From contig JASVEC010000012.1 in NCBI GenBank assembly GCA_030770535.1, positions 1,302,001-1,357,305 of the forward strand: 55,305 bases of DNA, read 5' to 3'. How positions within the stretch are numbered: the stretch's first letter is position 1; every line of letters begins with the position of its first letter. Positions 53,379-55,305 of this stretch are shown here, in pieces. Source of the stretch: Batkoa obscura. Its lineage: Eukaryota. Under the pieces are notes generated by a model that was not told the origin of the DNA, searched no databases, and saw nothing but the letters and a program-made list of their open reading frames with translations. The position numbers and the translations under genes were made by a program.

Positions 53379-54459
53379 TGTGAAAGTTGGTACTCAGTGG
53401 TAGGAGTTAAAAGTAGTTCTTGGTTGATTAAGTTGCTTTGAGTCGAACGGTCTTAGTTTATGTGACTAAGATAGACTCAAATTAGTAAGAATAGTGCGCA
53501 ATAGGCTATGAACTATGTAAAACAAATAGAATAGAAGATACTACTGTAAAATCTACATAAGACGTTGTCACAAAGGCTTAGTGGCTTTATTAATGATATG
53601 ATACCAGGGAATAATTGAATTAAAAAGCTTCGAGTTAGTATGTTGAAGAATCTCTTTTATACTCCAACTGGATGACTGTATATAAGGTGTGAAATATTGC
53701 TTTATTTAGCTCTCGGATTGATTATAACGCAACAATCACTTAAGTTGCTGTGTTCTCAAGTTCAAACACAATCAAGTCCGAGTCCCTTATTTTGATTTGC
53801 TGCGAGAATTTTTAACTTCATATTGCAAGGAATAACATCCTCTCGTTTTAATATCCATATTTATTGGAATATAAAAGAGATTCTTCAGCATGATAACTCG
53901 AGACTTTTTTAATTGGATTACTCCCTGATAACGTATCATTGATAAAGTCACTAAGTCTTTCTGACAACATCTTATATAGATTTTACGGTAGTATCTTCCA
54001 TTGTACTTGTTTTACATAATTCGTAGCTTATTACGTATTATTCTTATTCATTTAAGTCTATCTTAGTTACATAAACTAAGACCGTTCGACTCAAAGCAAC
54101 TTAATTAAGCAAGAGTAGCTTTTAACCTCTACTACTGAGTACCGGCTTTCGTATAGCCTATTGTATACCATTCTTATTAAGTTAAGTCTATCTTAGTTAC
54201 ATAAACTAAGACCATTCGACTCAAGGCAAGTTAATTAAGCAAGAGTAGCTTTTAACTTCGACCACTAAGTATCAACTTTCACAAAGGAACATGATAACAG
54301 CTGTTTTTTATTATAGTTGGCAAGTATGGACATTAAAAAGTGGACAATAAGTTCTTCATGATTAAGCGGTAGCAATTCTCACAGCAAATCTATATAAGGA
54401 ACTCTGAATTGATTATCATATTATAATCAATCCTAGAGCTAATGAAGCAATATTTCACA
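53379..54459 (-). mobile_element. Solo-LTR-like element, family B copy 3, split by copy 4
   Basis: 53379-53687 plus 54284-54459 is the reverse complement of copy 1 once one AAGG is removed. Confidence 0.82.
53688..54283 (+). mobile_element. Solo-LTR-like element, family B copy 4, nested
   Basis: TGTGAAA...TTTCACA flanked by AAGG (53684-87 and 54284-87); 130 bp tandem duplication of its 3' part. Confidence 0.82.
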
Positions 54460-54469
54460 AGGGATATTT

Positions 54470-55213
54470 TTAGGGTTAGGGTTAGGGTTAGGGATAGGGA
54501 TAGGGATAGGGATAGGGTTAGGGTTAGGGTTAGGGTTAGGGTTAGGGTTAGGGTTAGGGTTAGGGTTAGGGTTAGGGTTAGGGTTAGGGTTAGGGTTAGG
54601 GTTAGGGTTAGGGTTAGGGTTAGGGTTAGGGTTAGGGTTAGGGTTAGGGTTAGGGTTAGGGTTAGGGTTAGGGTTAGGGTTAGGGTTAGGGTTAGGGTTA
54701 GGGTTAGGGTTAGGGTTAGGGTTAGGGTTAGGGTTAGGGTTAGGGTTAGGGTTAGGGTTAGGGTTAGGGTTAGGGTTAGGGTTAGGGTTAGGGTTAGGGT
54801 TAGGGTTAGGGTTAGGGTTAGGGTTAGGGTTAGGGTTAGGGTTAGGGTTAGGGTTAGGGTTAGGGTTAGGGTTAGGGTTAGGGTTAGGGTTAGGGTTAGG
54901 GTTAGGGTTAGGGTTAGGGTTAGGGTTAGGGTTAGGGTTAGGGTTAGGGTTAGGGTTAGGGTTAGGGTTAGGGTTAGGGTTAGGGTTAGGGTTAGGGTTA
55001 GGGTTAGGGTTAGGGTTAGGGTTAGGGTTAGGGTTAGGGTTAGGGTTAGGGTTAGGGTTAGGGTTAGGGTTAGGGTTAGGGTTAGGGTTAGGGTTAGGGT
55101 TAGGGTTAGGGTTAGGGTTAGGGTTAGGGTTAGGGTTAGGGTTAGGGTTAGGGTTAGGGTTAGGGTTAGGGTTAGGGTTAGGGTTAGGGTTAGGGTTAGG
55201 GTTAGGGTTAGGG

Positions 55214-55267
<54 letters not shown>

Positions 55268-55269
55268 GG

Positions 55270-55305
<36 letters not shown>
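54470..55305 (+). repeat. Telomeric (TTAGGG)n array
   Basis: ~836 bp G-rich strand running to the sequence end; four ATAGGG variants at 54494-54517 and three distal TTTAGGG units. Confidence 0.98.

Noticed and set aside
50867..54459. CRISPR-like or satellite interpretation of the subtelomeric repeats
   Set aside because: No regular repeat-spacer periodicity; the repeats resolve into two transposon families with TSDs, and the sequence is eukaryotic.
54442..55236. 264 aa RV-repeat ORF as a conventional gene
   Set aside because: It is a stop-free frame of the telomere repeat; kept only as a speculative finding.
55232..55294. Distal TTTAGGG variants as a second telomere motif
   Set aside because: Only three units near the contig end; homopolymer sequencing error or telomerase slippage explains them equally well.

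Overview
Right end of a very AT-rich, intron-rich eukaryotic chromosome ending in an ~836 bp (TTAGGG)n telomere. It is fungal (class IV chitin synthase, ~50-60 nt GT-AG introns); an early-diverging lineage is an inference, not verified. About 24 protein genes were reconstructed by reading splice sites by eye: glycogenin with a long His/Asn tail, PCMT, an NAD epimerase, copine, an FHA/coiled-coil protein, thiolase, FCF1, two paralogous cAMP-receptor-like GPCRs, an ASDURF/prefoldin-like microprotein, GH16 glucanase, PRXL2-like redoxin, cytochrome P450, VPS26, chitin synthase, Lon/PIM1, two tandem SVIP-like paralogs and several secreted Cys-rich orphans. Two repeat families are not shown by the ORF track. 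One is a 99 bp MITE (GGGGATG...CATCCCC, 4 bp ATAT/ATTT target duplication) scattered through the window. The other is a ~480 bp solo-LTR-like element (TGTGAAA...TTTCACA, 4 bp TSD) confined to the last 4 kb, where it nests MITE > LTR > LTR; the telomere starts 10 bp after the last LTR end. All family assignments come from motif recognition, with no database search.
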